DNA from: a virus
Lineage: Duplodnaviria; Caudoviricetes
IMG/VR virus record: IMGVR_UViG_3300012890_000076
Span: 1-54,649 of that record
Length of the DNA stretch: 54,649 bases
Direction: 5' to 3' (one strand)
Positions 37,273 through 45,523 of the stretch are shown in pieces. How positions within the stretch are numbered: the stretch's first letter is position 1; the number at the start of each line of letters is the position of its first letter. Both the position numbers and the translations under genes were made by a program. Under the pieces are notes generated by a model that searched no databases, was not told the DNA's origin, and saw only the letters and a program-made list of their open reading frames with translations.

Positions 37273-37722
37273 GTGGACGCCATCCTCACCGGCCTCGTGG
37301 GCGACGCCAAGCCCCTCGCCATCATCGCCGGCATCCTGGGCGCCATCCTCCTGGCATGGCCCTGGATCAGGAAGAACTTCCGCGAGATCTCGGACGCCGA
37401 GGCCATCCGCGTTGCCGGCGACGCCCTCCGCAAGGAGATGGGCGAGCTCCTCGACAAGGAACAGGCCAAGGTCGTCACCTTGACGGCGAGCCTCGACGAG
37501 GCATCGACCCAGATGCGGTCCCTCCGCGTCGAGAACGGCGGCCTTCAAGCCGAGATGACCGCGCTGCGCCGCGAGGTCCGGGCGATGGTGCGCATGTGCC
37601 TGTCCATGCGCCGGGCCATGCAGCGCGCCGTCGACACCGGCGACGTCTCCCCCCTGCGTCTCTGGCTCGATCTCAACCCCTCGGACGAAGACGAGGCTGA
37701 TGCGGCGAGGCCGGCCGCGTGA
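37273..37722 (+). CDS. Single-TM coiled-coil membrane protein (holin-like candidate)
   Basis: LAIIAGILGAILLAWPW followed by coiled coil; GGAGA RBS, GTG start. Confidence 0.55.
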   Translation: MDAILTGLVGDAKPLAIIAGILGAILLAWPWIRKNFREISDAEAIRVAGDALRKEMGELLDKEQAKVVTLTASLDEASTQMRSLRVENGGLQAEMTALRREVRAMVRMCLSMRRAMQRAVDTGDVSPLRLWLDLNPSDEDEADAARPAA

Positions 37723-37904
37723 CGCCCTCGGCCGCCCTGCTCGCCCTGGCCTGCTACGTGGCCGCCCCGGCGCCGTCCGTGAATGCGGACGTGCTCGCGG
37801 CGCTGCGGGGCGAGCCTGTGCCGGGGCCGGCCGCAAAGGCGGACGTCGCCGTGGCCATCCGGGCCGCGGCCGCGCTGCGCAAGGGGGACCGTCATGCCCG
37901 TTGA
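37719..37904 (+). CDS. Hypothetical protein
   Basis: GTGA-coupled small ORF. Confidence 0.45.
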   Translation: MTPSAALLALACYVAAPAPSVNADVLAALRGEPVPGPAAKADVAVAIRAAAALRKGDRHAR

Positions 37905-38064
37905 AACCGCCACCCGCGCCGTCATCGAGGCCGCCAACGCGCTGGTCTCATGGCGCCGCTGGTACCTCGAACTACCTGATGACCGGCCCCTGCCGGAGGA
38001 CCTGGCGGCCGCGCTGGAACGGGCGCTTGCCGCCCTCGATGCCGCCGAGGCCTCCCATGTCTGA
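37894..38064 (+). CDS. Hypothetical protein
   Basis: GGGGA RBS, overlapping chain of ORFs. Confidence 0.55.
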   Translation: MPVETATRAVIEAANALVSWRRWYLELPDDRPLPEDLAAALERALAALDAAEASHV

Positions 38065-38287
38065 CGCGGACCCCTGCCGCAGGAATCTGACCCCGGTCGA
38101 AGAGGCCCGCTTGTTCGCGAAGGACGCGATCAGGGCCGCCCGGGCCTCCTGGTCGTCGCCGGCGTCGGCCGACCACGCCATGCTTGCCGTATTCGCCATC
38201 CTCGCGGCCGACGCCCTGTTCCCGGAGCTCGTCTCGGACGTGTCGGCGAACGATGCGAGTAATGGGCACCTAACCGCAGATAGGTAG
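38057..38287 (+). CDS. Hypothetical protein
   Basis: GAGG RBS, overlapping chain of ORFs. Confidence 0.5.
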   Translation: MSDADPCRRNLTPVEEARLFAKDAIRAARASWSSPASADHAMLAVFAILAADALFPELVSDVSANDASNGHLTADR

Positions 38288-38380
38288 CAAACGCGCCGAC
38301 CTGGACGGTTCCGATACCCCCTGGTGACGGTCAACCGCGCGGGTGAGCCTGTTCCCCTGTAACAGGATCAGGGGACGACG

Positions 38381-38776
38381 ATGACACTCAAGGAGCTCGA
38401 CAAGGCTAAGGCTCTATCCGAATGCCGCAGGCTGCTTCTCCACAAGGCGGGCATGTTGGATGCCGAAAGGCCCGCGGCCTCGATGCTGCTGGGGTACACC
38501 TTCGACGCCGATGTGTGCGACGTCCTGCGCCGGACCCTGGCCGGCGAGTTCCGTCGCCTCGCCGGCGTAGCGGAGACCCGCCTGCGCGAGCTCGGGGTCG
38601 TCTTCCCGGGAGACGCGGTGCCGGGCGTCGAGGCGGACAAGGAACCCGATCCGGTATGGCCTGCAGGCTGCCGGAAGCGAGGGACCTGCACTCGTCACGA
38701 GGCCTGCATGTACACGAACTGTGTGCACGGCGGGACGGACATCAGGGCCGCTGTCCACGCGGCGCACGCATCCTGA
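38381..38776 (+). CDS. Hypothetical protein with C-terminal Cys cluster
   Basis: CRKRGTCTRHEACMYTNC. Confidence 0.6.
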   Translation: MTLKELDKAKALSECRRLLLHKAGMLDAERPAASMLLGYTFDADVCDVLRRTLAGEFRRLAGVAETRLRELGVVFPGDAVPGVEADKEPDPVWPAGCRKRGTCTRHEACMYTNCVHGGTDIRAAVHAAHAS

Positions 38777-38779
38777 CCC

Positions 38780-39343
38780 ATGCGCGACCGCCGGACCCCC
38801 GCCGAAGCGGCTGTGCTTCGCGATGCCGTCCTCGACCGCTGGGCCGCCGGCGTCTCGGGCACGCTTCTGACCGCGGCCCTCGGGCTCAACCCGTCGCACG
38901 TCTCCGTCATCCTGTACGATGCGCGCCGGCGCGGCGACCCCCGCGCCGGGTTCCGCTACGCCGTCGCCGGCCGCATCCGCATGTCCGCTCCGCCGGAGCC
39001 CGTCCCGGCCCCGGAGCCCATCGTCGTCGACGTCCCCCGCATGGCCCTGCTGCGCGCCTGCCAGGCCGCCATCCCCGGGAAGGACGGCGAGCGTCACCGG
39101 CGCGAGGCCATCCTAGATGCCTGGCACGCCGGCATGGACGCGCCGCAGATCGGCGCCACGCTCGGCATGCGCTGGAAGTCCGTTGGGATGGTCGTTCAGC
39201 GGGCCCGGGCTAGGGGCGACCGCCGCGCCGTCCGCCGCCAGCATGATTGCCGGGACGGCCTCTCGGTCTCGTACCGGCGCACACTCGACCGCCTCGACCG
39301 GCGCTACGGCGTCATCGCCTCGATCCAGGAGATCCACCCATGA
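38780..39343 (+). CDS. Tandem-HTH protein (two GcrA-N-like repeats)
   Basis: LDRWAAG...ARRRGDPRA and LDAWHAG...ARARGDRRA internal duplication. Confidence 0.65.
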   Translation: MRDRRTPAEAAVLRDAVLDRWAAGVSGTLLTAALGLNPSHVSVILYDARRRGDPRAGFRYAVAGRIRMSAPPEPVPAPEPIVVDVPRMALLRACQAAIPGKDGERHRREAILDAWHAGMDAPQIGATLGMRWKSVGMVVQRARARGDRRAVRRQHDCRDGLSVSYRRTLDRLDRRYGVIASIQEIHP

Positions 39344-39594
39344 GCCGCCGAATCGTTCCGTGGGACACCCTCATCGCCGGACGGCCCGCCCTCGCGGACT
39401 GCCCCCGCAACGGCGTGACCGCCATCCTCTATGACACCGACGAGCCCAGTGTCCTGCGCGGCCTGCTCGACGGCGGCCGGGAGGTCCTCCTCCTCGACCT
39501 CAACGACCGGCCGGAGATCGATGGGCCCGTCGTTGGGTTCGGAAATGTCGACGCGCGCCTGCGGGCTGCAGTCCTGGCGCTGGGGTCGGCATGA
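39340..39594 (+). CDS. Hypothetical protein
   Basis: AGGAG RBS, ATGA coupling. Confidence 0.55.
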   Translation: MSRRIVPWDTLIAGRPALADCPRNGVTAILYDTDEPSVLRGLLDGGREVLLLDLNDRPEIDGPVVGFGNVDARLRAAVLALGSA

Positions 39595-39857
39595 CCAGGC
39601 GCTCCTATGTCCGGGACGTGTGGATCCCCGAAAGCCGGTCATTCCTCGTGCTCGCCTGCCTGACTATCGCCGGCGTCACCGCCCCGGACGTCCCGGGCAT
39701 CGCGGCGCAGGGCCTCGCCTACCTCGGGGCGGCCGTCCTGTGGGCGGGGTTCCTCATCGTCCTGCGGGGCCTGACGTGGACGCCGTGGACGGCAGAGGCC
39801 CCGACCGCATTTGCGGACAATGTCGTGCCCCTGCGCCCGGGGCCGGACGCCGGTTGA
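39591..39857 (+). CDS. Small two-TM membrane protein
   Basis: Two hydrophobic segments; ATGA coupling. Confidence 0.55.
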   Translation: MTRRSYVRDVWIPESRSFLVLACLTIAGVTAPDVPGIAAQGLAYLGAAVLWAGFLIVLRGLTWTPWTAEAPTAFADNVVPLRPGPDAG

Positions 39858-39978
39858 AAGTCCAGCAGCGGAAAAACGAATCGGTATCCTGAGACGTGGC
39901 CCCTCGCCTGAGGGGCGGCCCCCGGCGGTGCGCTAACACCGGCATCGGGGGCCTGACCGCACCAGGGAATCACCCCCC

Positions 39979-40833
39979 ATGTCGGCTTGCACGCAGCTTA
40001 CCACCACCTCCACGCCCCGTCCCATCGTTTCCCCGGTCGACGGCCGGCCGGTCGCCGATAGCCGCGACGTCGCTGCCTTCTTCGGCAAGACGCACCGGTC
40101 CGTCCTCCAGACCATCGACACCGCCATCGCCGCGGAGCCCGACCTGGCCCTGCATGATCTTATGCAGGGGTCCTATACGGTCCCCGAGACCGGGCCGCAG
40201 CGGCACCGCAGGTTCCTGCTTACGCGGGACGGGTTCAGCCTCATCGCCATGGGCTTCACCGGCGCGACGGCCCTGAAGTGGAAGCGGGCGTACATCGCCG
40301 CCTTCAACGCAATGGAGGCGGAGCTTCGAAACCGCCCGGTCGCGACCCCGGGCATCAACGTGCGGGATCCCGCGCAGTTGACCGCCATCACCCTGCAACT
40401 CATCCAGGTGAACCAGGAACAGGCGCGCGAGCTCACCGTCATCCGCGGCGCCCTCGCGTCCAGCGAGACCCAGGTGGAGCTCCAGGCGCCGAAGGTCGCC
40501 GCGTTCGAAGACCTCATGGACGACCGAGGGTTGTGCAGCCTCTCCAACGTGGCGCGCCTCCTCGACGCCCCCCAGGCAAAGTTCTTCGCCTGGCTCAGGA
40601 AGCGGGGGTTCGTGTTCGATCAGGGCGACAGCGTCCTGCCCGAGGGCAAGCTGAGGAAGCAGGGGTACTTCCGGGTCAAGCTCATCAAGCTCGGTCGCAA
40701 CAAGCACGTCGAGCAGACCCTCGCCACTAGGGACGGCCTCATGTTCCTCCGCACCAGGTGGCTCGTCAGCGACGAACGTAAGACGCTTGAGCTCGCCGGG
40801 GTGTCCCCGCAGGCGCGCCTCCCGGGAGTCTGA
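39979..40833 (+). CDS. Rha-family regulator fused to an ANT/KilAC antirepressor domain
   Basis: DSRDVAAFFGKTH, LTRDGFSLIAMGFTG...WKRAYIAAFNAME (Rha); APKVAAF...FFAWLR...GYF (ANT). Confidence 0.92.
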   Translation: MSACTQLTTTSTPRPIVSPVDGRPVADSRDVAAFFGKTHRSVLQTIDTAIAAEPDLALHDLMQGSYTVPETGPQRHRRFLLTRDGFSLIAMGFTGATALKWKRAYIAAFNAMEAELRNRPVATPGINVRDPAQLTAITLQLIQVNQEQARELTVIRGALASSETQVELQAPKVAAFEDLMDDRGLCSLSNVARLLDAPQAKFFAWLRKRGFVFDQGDSVLPEGKLRKQGYFRVKLIKLGRNKHVEQTLATRDGLMFLRTRWLVSDERKTLELAGVSPQARLPGV

Positions 40834-40866
40834 GAACCTAGCGGGGGAATGGGTAGCTAACTCCGG

Positions 40867-41400
40867 TTAGCTGCCCAACGCCTCCTGCCGGGCGACCTCG
40901 GCCGCCTCGGCCCGCGCCTTCTCGGCGCCGCGCACGGACCGGTATTGGATGCCGCGGAAGGTGACCCGCTCCCACCACCCCCAGCCCCGGATGACCACCG
41001 GCTCGGCGAGGACCTTCGCCTCGATGGCGTCGGCCCTCTCCCATGCCGTCATCGGCCGGACGCACTTGTTCAGCCCGGCCCTCCGGCCGACGTCGTCGTA
41101 CGCATCCGCGTAGCCCGCCTCGTAGACCCGCTCGGGATCCCCGCCAGCATAGAACCGCCCGGTCGTCTTGAGGACCGGATCGAACGGCGCGTGCGCCTCC
41201 AAGGCCCGCCTGAGCGCGTGCACCTGCGCCAGGCGCCCGGCGTCTGTGGCACGGGTATCCGCTTCGGCGAGCCGGAGACGATGCTCCAGGTCCTCGGCGC
41301 GCGTCCGCCACCGGTCGACCGCCCGCTCGTAGATCCTCACCGCCGCGCCGTGCCCCTGCGCCATCCCAATGGCCCGATAGTCCAGTCCCTGAACCTGCAT
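40867..41400 (-). CDS. Hypothetical protein
   Basis: 177-aa ORF with GGAGG RBS. Confidence 0.65.
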   Translation of the reverse strand: MQVQGLDYRAIGMAQGHGAAVRIYERAVDRWRTRAEDLEHRLRLAEADTRATDAGRLAQVHALRRALEAHAPFDPVLKTTGRFYAGGDPERVYEAGYADAYDDVGRRAGLNKCVRPMTAWERADAIEAKVLAEPVVIRGWGWWERVTFRGIQYRSVRGAEKARAEAAEVARQEALGS

Positions 41401-41536
41401 CTCACCCTCCGTCTGATCTCACGTCGCCGAGTCTAGCTAAGCCCGCAGCCCGGCGAATCCCCCCCGACGCACAAAGCCCAGGGACAACTCCGATGGTGGC
41501 CATCTCGTACTTGTACCGAATAATGGGACAAACCCG

Positions 41537-41565
41537 TTGACAGCACGTTAAGGCGGTCATACATT
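41537..41565 (+). promoter_or_regulatory. Sigma70-type promoter
   Basis: TTGACA-17 nt-TACATT; imperfect palindrome TTGTACC-N7-GGGACAA just upstream (41511-41531). Confidence 0.75.
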
Positions 41566-41601
41566 CCAGTTCAAGGCGGACAGGCCGCCGGAGAAAAGAC
41601 G

Positions 41602-41751
41602 ATGACCGAGACCCTCACCACCACCGCCGAGACCCTCACCACCGGCTCCAACTGGGTCCTGGCCGGGGTCCTCCCGGACGCCGCCCCCCAGCCGGAGACC
41701 CCCGCCTCCGACGAGCCCTTCAACCCCCTCGCCGGCCTCGACGAGGCCTGA
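41602..41751 (+). CDS. 49-aa acidic peptide (not in the ORF track)
   Basis: GGAGA RBS; MTETLTTTAETLTTGSNWVLAGVLPDAAPQPETPASDEPFNPLAGLDEA. Confidence 0.55.
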   Translation: MTETLTTTAETLTTGSNWVLAGVLPDAAPQPETPASDEPFNPLAGLDEA

Positions 41752-41889
41752 GACCAAGTGCCGGGGCACCCGCCCCGGCCCTCCCCACGGCCGCTTCCCT
41801 CTTTCCGGCTGGTCCCGGAAACACCTCGGAGGCGGTCGTGGCGAGGGCCGAAAACAGGCCTCACGCTGATCCAGGAAGGACCTCGACTG

Positions 41890-42249
41890 ATGACGAAAAA
41901 GGAGCTCGACGCCTACGGGCGCGCAATGTTCGGCCCCCGCTACCAGCCCAAGTTGGCAGCGATCCTGGGGCACTTCCGCGGGAAGCCGATCGAGCAGTCC
42001 CAGATCTCGAAATGGGTCTCCGGCCCCGATGGTCAGCGGGATCCGCCGCCATGGCTCGACCAACTCGTCATCCGGTCGGCCATCCAGATGAAGCATGAGC
42101 GCGCCATGCAAGCCGAGGTCCTCGGGCAGATGATCGACAATCACTACGAGCAGCGCTGGGCCGAGCGGGGGACCCACATCCCCGAGGAGTGGAAGGGCGC
42201 CACGGACGCCGACTACGTCGACCCGGAATCCCTCACGAAGCCCGAGTGA
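41890..42249 (+). CDS. Putative HTH regulator
   Basis: GRAMFGPRYQPKLAAIL...QSQISKWVSG; AGGA RBS. Confidence 0.65.
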   Translation: MTKKELDAYGRAMFGPRYQPKLAAILGHFRGKPIEQSQISKWVSGPDGQRDPPPWLDQLVIRSAIQMKHERAMQAEVLGQMIDNHYEQRWAERGTHIPEEWKGATDADYVDPESLTKPE

Positions 42250-42405
42250 CCCGCCCCGGGGTGTGTGGAATTCACACACCCCCCGACCTCCCGCCAGCCG
42301 CCCCGAAGGGGGACGCTGGCCGGGGGCCGATAGGTCACCCGCCCGATCCCCTTGCGGGACCCCATCAACCGCCGGCGATGCCGGCACCCCCAAGGACCCA
42401 TTCCA

Positions 42406-42630
42406 ATGAGCACCAAGGAAGCCCTCATCGTCCAGACGATCCACCCGAGCGTCGGCTACTCGGTCCACGTCGAGACCTGGGACGAGCGCGGCCACGACAA
42501 CACCGGCTGGAGGCACCAGGCCCCCCTGAGCGCGGAGGGCGCGGCCGCCGTCATCGAAGCGGAGCGCCGCTGGTACGAGGTCCACGGCTACGACGTGGAG
42601 GTCACCGACCGCGCGATCAGCCTCTCCTGA
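42406..42630 (+). CDS. Hypothetical protein
   Basis: AAGGA RBS. Confidence 0.6.
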   Translation: MSTKEALIVQTIHPSVGYSVHVETWDERGHDNTGWRHQAPLSAEGAAAVIEAERRWYEVHGYDVEVTDRAISLS

Positions 42631-42734
42631 ACCATCCGCCGGGGCCCCGCGCCCCGGCCTCCTTCCCGACGCCTCTCGCGGGGGCGCCGCGACGGGGGCC
42701 GGCATCCCCACCATCCACCCACCAGGAGCACATC

Positions 42735-43073
42735 ATGCAGACGTCCATCTTCGCCGCCCTGCCGCCGCCCCTTGCCATCCTTGCCATGGAGCTGCTGTGG
42801 ACCAGCGCCGCCGACTTCCAGTGCGCCGGCAACGACTTCGTTCGGGACGACATCAGAGCGAAGTCGAAGGTCGCCGCCGAGAAGGCGATGCATGCCGCGC
42901 TCAGTCTCTCGGATCTGGCCACGAACCCCGCTTCGCGGCGCACGCTCGACGAGGCTCTCGCTCTCGTCCGGGCGCTGTACGAGCCCTGCCTGATCCAGGA
43001 CCTCACCAACGCCGACAAGGCCGCGCGCGCTTGGCTGTGGACGCGCCCCGACCTCGCCACCCCCACCGCCTGA
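42735..43073 (+). CDS. Hypothetical protein
   Basis: AGGAG RBS. Confidence 0.6.
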   Translation: MQTSIFAALPPPLAILAMELLWTSAADFQCAGNDFVRDDIRAKSKVAAEKAMHAALSLSDLATNPASRRTLDEALALVRALYEPCLIQDLTNADKAARAWLWTRPDLATPTA

Positions 43074-43171
43074 GACCCGGGGCCTCGTGCCCCGGCCTCC
43101 CTCCAGCCGCCCGTGACGGGGCGCCTGGACGGGGGCCGCCCCCCCCGCCACTCCATTCCGGAGACCCTTCC

Positions 43172-43735
43172 GTGACCTCCTCGCCCATCACTCCCTCGAC
43201 GCCCCCCGCGCCCCTCGGCATCACCATCATGCAAGCTACCCGCCTCAAGGGCTGGATCGCGCTCGATGCCAGTTCCGATGTCGTCGGCCACGCGCCGACG
43301 GAGGACGACCTGCGCGCCACGCTCGGGCACGTCCCGGGCATCTCGTTCATGCCGTGCCACCTTTTCGAGAGCCCCCTCCCGGAGGAGCGGACCGGCACGC
43401 GGATCGTCGACGGGTACTTCGACCTCAAGGCGGTTCGCGCCTTTCCGGAGGACGCCCGGGCCGCGACCGCGCGTCTGCCCGGCCGCCTGCGCGTCCTGCT
43501 CGCCGGCGTCGCGGAGATTGCCTCCCAGCCGGACATGAATGGTCACGCGCCGGTCTGGGCGCTGGCGTACTGGACCACCACGGCGGAATCCGCTGTCGTC
43601 GCGGACCTGCGGACGCTGCGGGATCGCCGGCTCGTGGACTACCGCCTCCGCCCGGAGCCTGAGGCCTGGCTTACGCCCTTCGGCCGGCAGGTCGCCCGCC
43701 TCGTCACCGCCTGGAGGCTCCCGCATGCCCGCTGA
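43172..43735 (+). CDS. Hypothetical protein
   Basis: GGAGA RBS, GTG start. Confidence 0.55.
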   Translation: MTSSPITPSTPPAPLGITIMQATRLKGWIALDASSDVVGHAPTEDDLRATLGHVPGISFMPCHLFESPLPEERTGTRIVDGYFDLKAVRAFPEDARAATARLPGRLRVLLAGVAEIASQPDMNGHAPVWALAYWTTTAESAVVADLRTLRDRRLVDYRLRPEPEAWLTPFGRQVARLVTAWRLPHAR

Positions 43736-44303
43736 GACCCCTGCCCAGCACTTCGCGAGGATCGCGAAGCTGACCGCCGAGCGCAAGGCGGCGGCCGAGG
43801 TTGAGGGCACGCCCCCGAAGGCCGAGCGAGTGCTGCCCCGAGTGGCCGCCCGGCTCGCCGCCGAAACGGAGGCCGCCCGGCACGGCATCGGCGGCAATGG
43901 CGCGCCGCCCCTGGAGCCGAAGCCTCGGCCGCAGATGTCGCGTCGCTGGCGCCTGTCGATGCTCTCGATGTCGATGTACGGCGAGAGGTTCGGGGGGGAG
44001 ATGGCGCACGCCATGGACGTCAGCGCCCGAACGATGCGGCGTTGGATGAACGAAGGCGACGCCATCCCGGACTACGCCATGGCGAACGCGCGCGCGGCGG
44101 GCGAGGCTCAGATCCGTGCGATCCAAGCCGCCCTCGACCGTCTCGACGACCTGCCGCCCGGCGGGAAGCCGGCCGCCCCGGCGGTTGCGGATCCCGCACC
44201 GGCCGCGCTGGTGGACGAACCGCCCGCGAAGCCGGCCGCCCCTGCGAGGGTCGTGGACCCCCGCCAGGTCGACCTGGAGGCCTACATCGCCAGCCTGGGC
44301 TAG
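43725..44303 (+). CDS. HTH-containing protein
   Basis: MYGERFGGEMAHAMDVSARTMRRW, similar pattern to 41890..42249. Confidence 0.65.
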   Translation: MPAETPAQHFARIAKLTAERKAAAEVEGTPPKAERVLPRVAARLAAETEAARHGIGGNGAPPLEPKPRPQMSRRWRLSMLSMSMYGERFGGEMAHAMDVSARTMRRWMNEGDAIPDYAMANARAAGEAQIRAIQAALDRLDDLPPGGKPAAPAVADPAPAALVDEPPAKPAAPARVVDPRQVDLEAYIASLG

Positions 44304-45523
44304 ACCCGCCGGTCAGGGCTCACAAGGGGCAGGCCCCAGATATCGGTGATGCCCGGCACGGCAATCCACGTCCGGGTCCGGACGTCCTCGACCTGCGACC
44401 GGAACGCCTCGCCGGCGGCCCCGCTCAGCGCGAATCTCAAGCGGGCTCGGAGACGCGCGTCGGCAGGCCGAGCCGCGAGACGGCCGAGTGCACGCTCGAC
44501 ACCACCGCCGATTGATCGTCCACCGCCGTCGTGAGCTCCGCCAGCACTTCCAGGAGCGACCGCTCCGCCGGCGCTTCGTCCGGCGCCAGCGCCGTCACGA
44601 GGGCCTCCAGGAGCCTGCGCACGACCTTTAGCTCCTGCCCTATTTCCTCGTTCGTCATGTCCGTCTCCGTGATGCTGAAGGGTGAGGCCCGCCAGGCGGT
44701 CGCGGACCACCCCGGCGGGAATGCGTGAACCGTCCGCGCGCCGGGCGGCCGCTCCGACGAGGCGGGTCGCGAGATGCGCGGTCCCGGTGCTGTCGACGAC
44801 GACCGGACCGGACCGCCCCTCCCGGAGGTCAAGGCCGCGGGCTCGGAGGGCAGCCAGGAATCCTTCGCCGTCGGCGCTTTCCCGCCAGGCTGCCAGGGCG
44901 GCCGCACGCAGGTCATCGAGGCTGACCCCGGTCCGCTCTTGGATCAGGCGTTCCTGGGGGCTCAGGCGGGCCACCGGCCGGGCGGCCGTCGTCGTCCCAG
45001 AGGCCTCCATCCAGTCCGCCACGTCGTCCCGGCCCTGCTCGCGAAGGGCCTTCACGATGCTTCGGGAATGCTTCGACGGCGTAGGGCCCGGCATGCCGTG
45101 CTCGAACTCCACGATCCTGGCGCACCGCTCGCGCCGGGCGAAGTCGAACCCGACGTCGACGACGTTCCCCGACGGCTTCACGAGGCTGTACACGCGGTGC
45201 TCATGCCGGCGGCCGTGCTTGACGTGAACGGCCCCGCACATGGGCTGCGCGGCGAGCCCGAACTCCTGCTCGAACAGTGCCCAGAAGCGCCGGCGCGCGC
45301 CGTCGTTGTCCGAGATCTGCAAGTCGGGGTCACAGTGCACGTGGTAGCAGGGGCGGTCCGTCCGGCCGCCGAGCGACAGGGCGACGAGCTCGCGAACCTG
45401 ACCGATCAAGTCGGGGGAGCCGAGGCCCCGGGGCGCGAGGACGATGACCTCCTCGTTCTCGTCTTTCAGGAGATGGCGGGCGAGAGCGTCGCCGCCCACG
45501 CCCCTCATGGCGCCGCTGATCAT
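44300..45523 (-). CDS. Relaxase/mobilisation nuclease (HUH, MobA/VirD2-like)
   Basis: CYHVHCDP (motif II), FEQEFGL, HVKHGRRHEHRVYS (3H motif III). Confidence 0.85.
   Translation of the reverse strand: MISGAMRGVGGDALARHLLKDENEEVIVLAPRGLGSPDLIGQVRELVALSLGGRTDRPCYHVHCDPDLQISDNDGARRRFWALFEQEFGLAAQPMCGAVHVKHGRRHEHRVYSLVKPSGNVVDVGFDFARRERCARIVEFEHGMPGPTPSKHSRSIVKALREQGRDDVADWMEASGTTTAARPVARLSPQERLIQERTGVSLDDLRAAALAAWRESADGEGFLAALRARGLDLREGRSGPVVVDSTGTAHLATRLVGAAARRADGSRIPAGVVRDRLAGLTLQHHGDGHDERGNRAGAKGRAQAPGGPRDGAGAGRSAGGAVAPGSAGGAHDGGGRSIGGGVERALGRLAARPADARLRARLRFALSGAAGEAFRSQVEDVRTRTWIAVPGITDIWGLPLVSPDRRV
44437..44658 (-). CDS. Small ORF nested out of frame in the relaxase 3' part (MobB/MbeD-like position)
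   Basis: GGAGA RBS before MTNEEIGQEL; amphipathic helical 73 aa. Confidence 0.5.
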   Translation of the reverse strand: MTNEEIGQELKVVRRLLEALVTALAPDEAPAERSLLEVLAELTTAVDDQSAVVSSVHSAVSRLGLPTRVSEPA

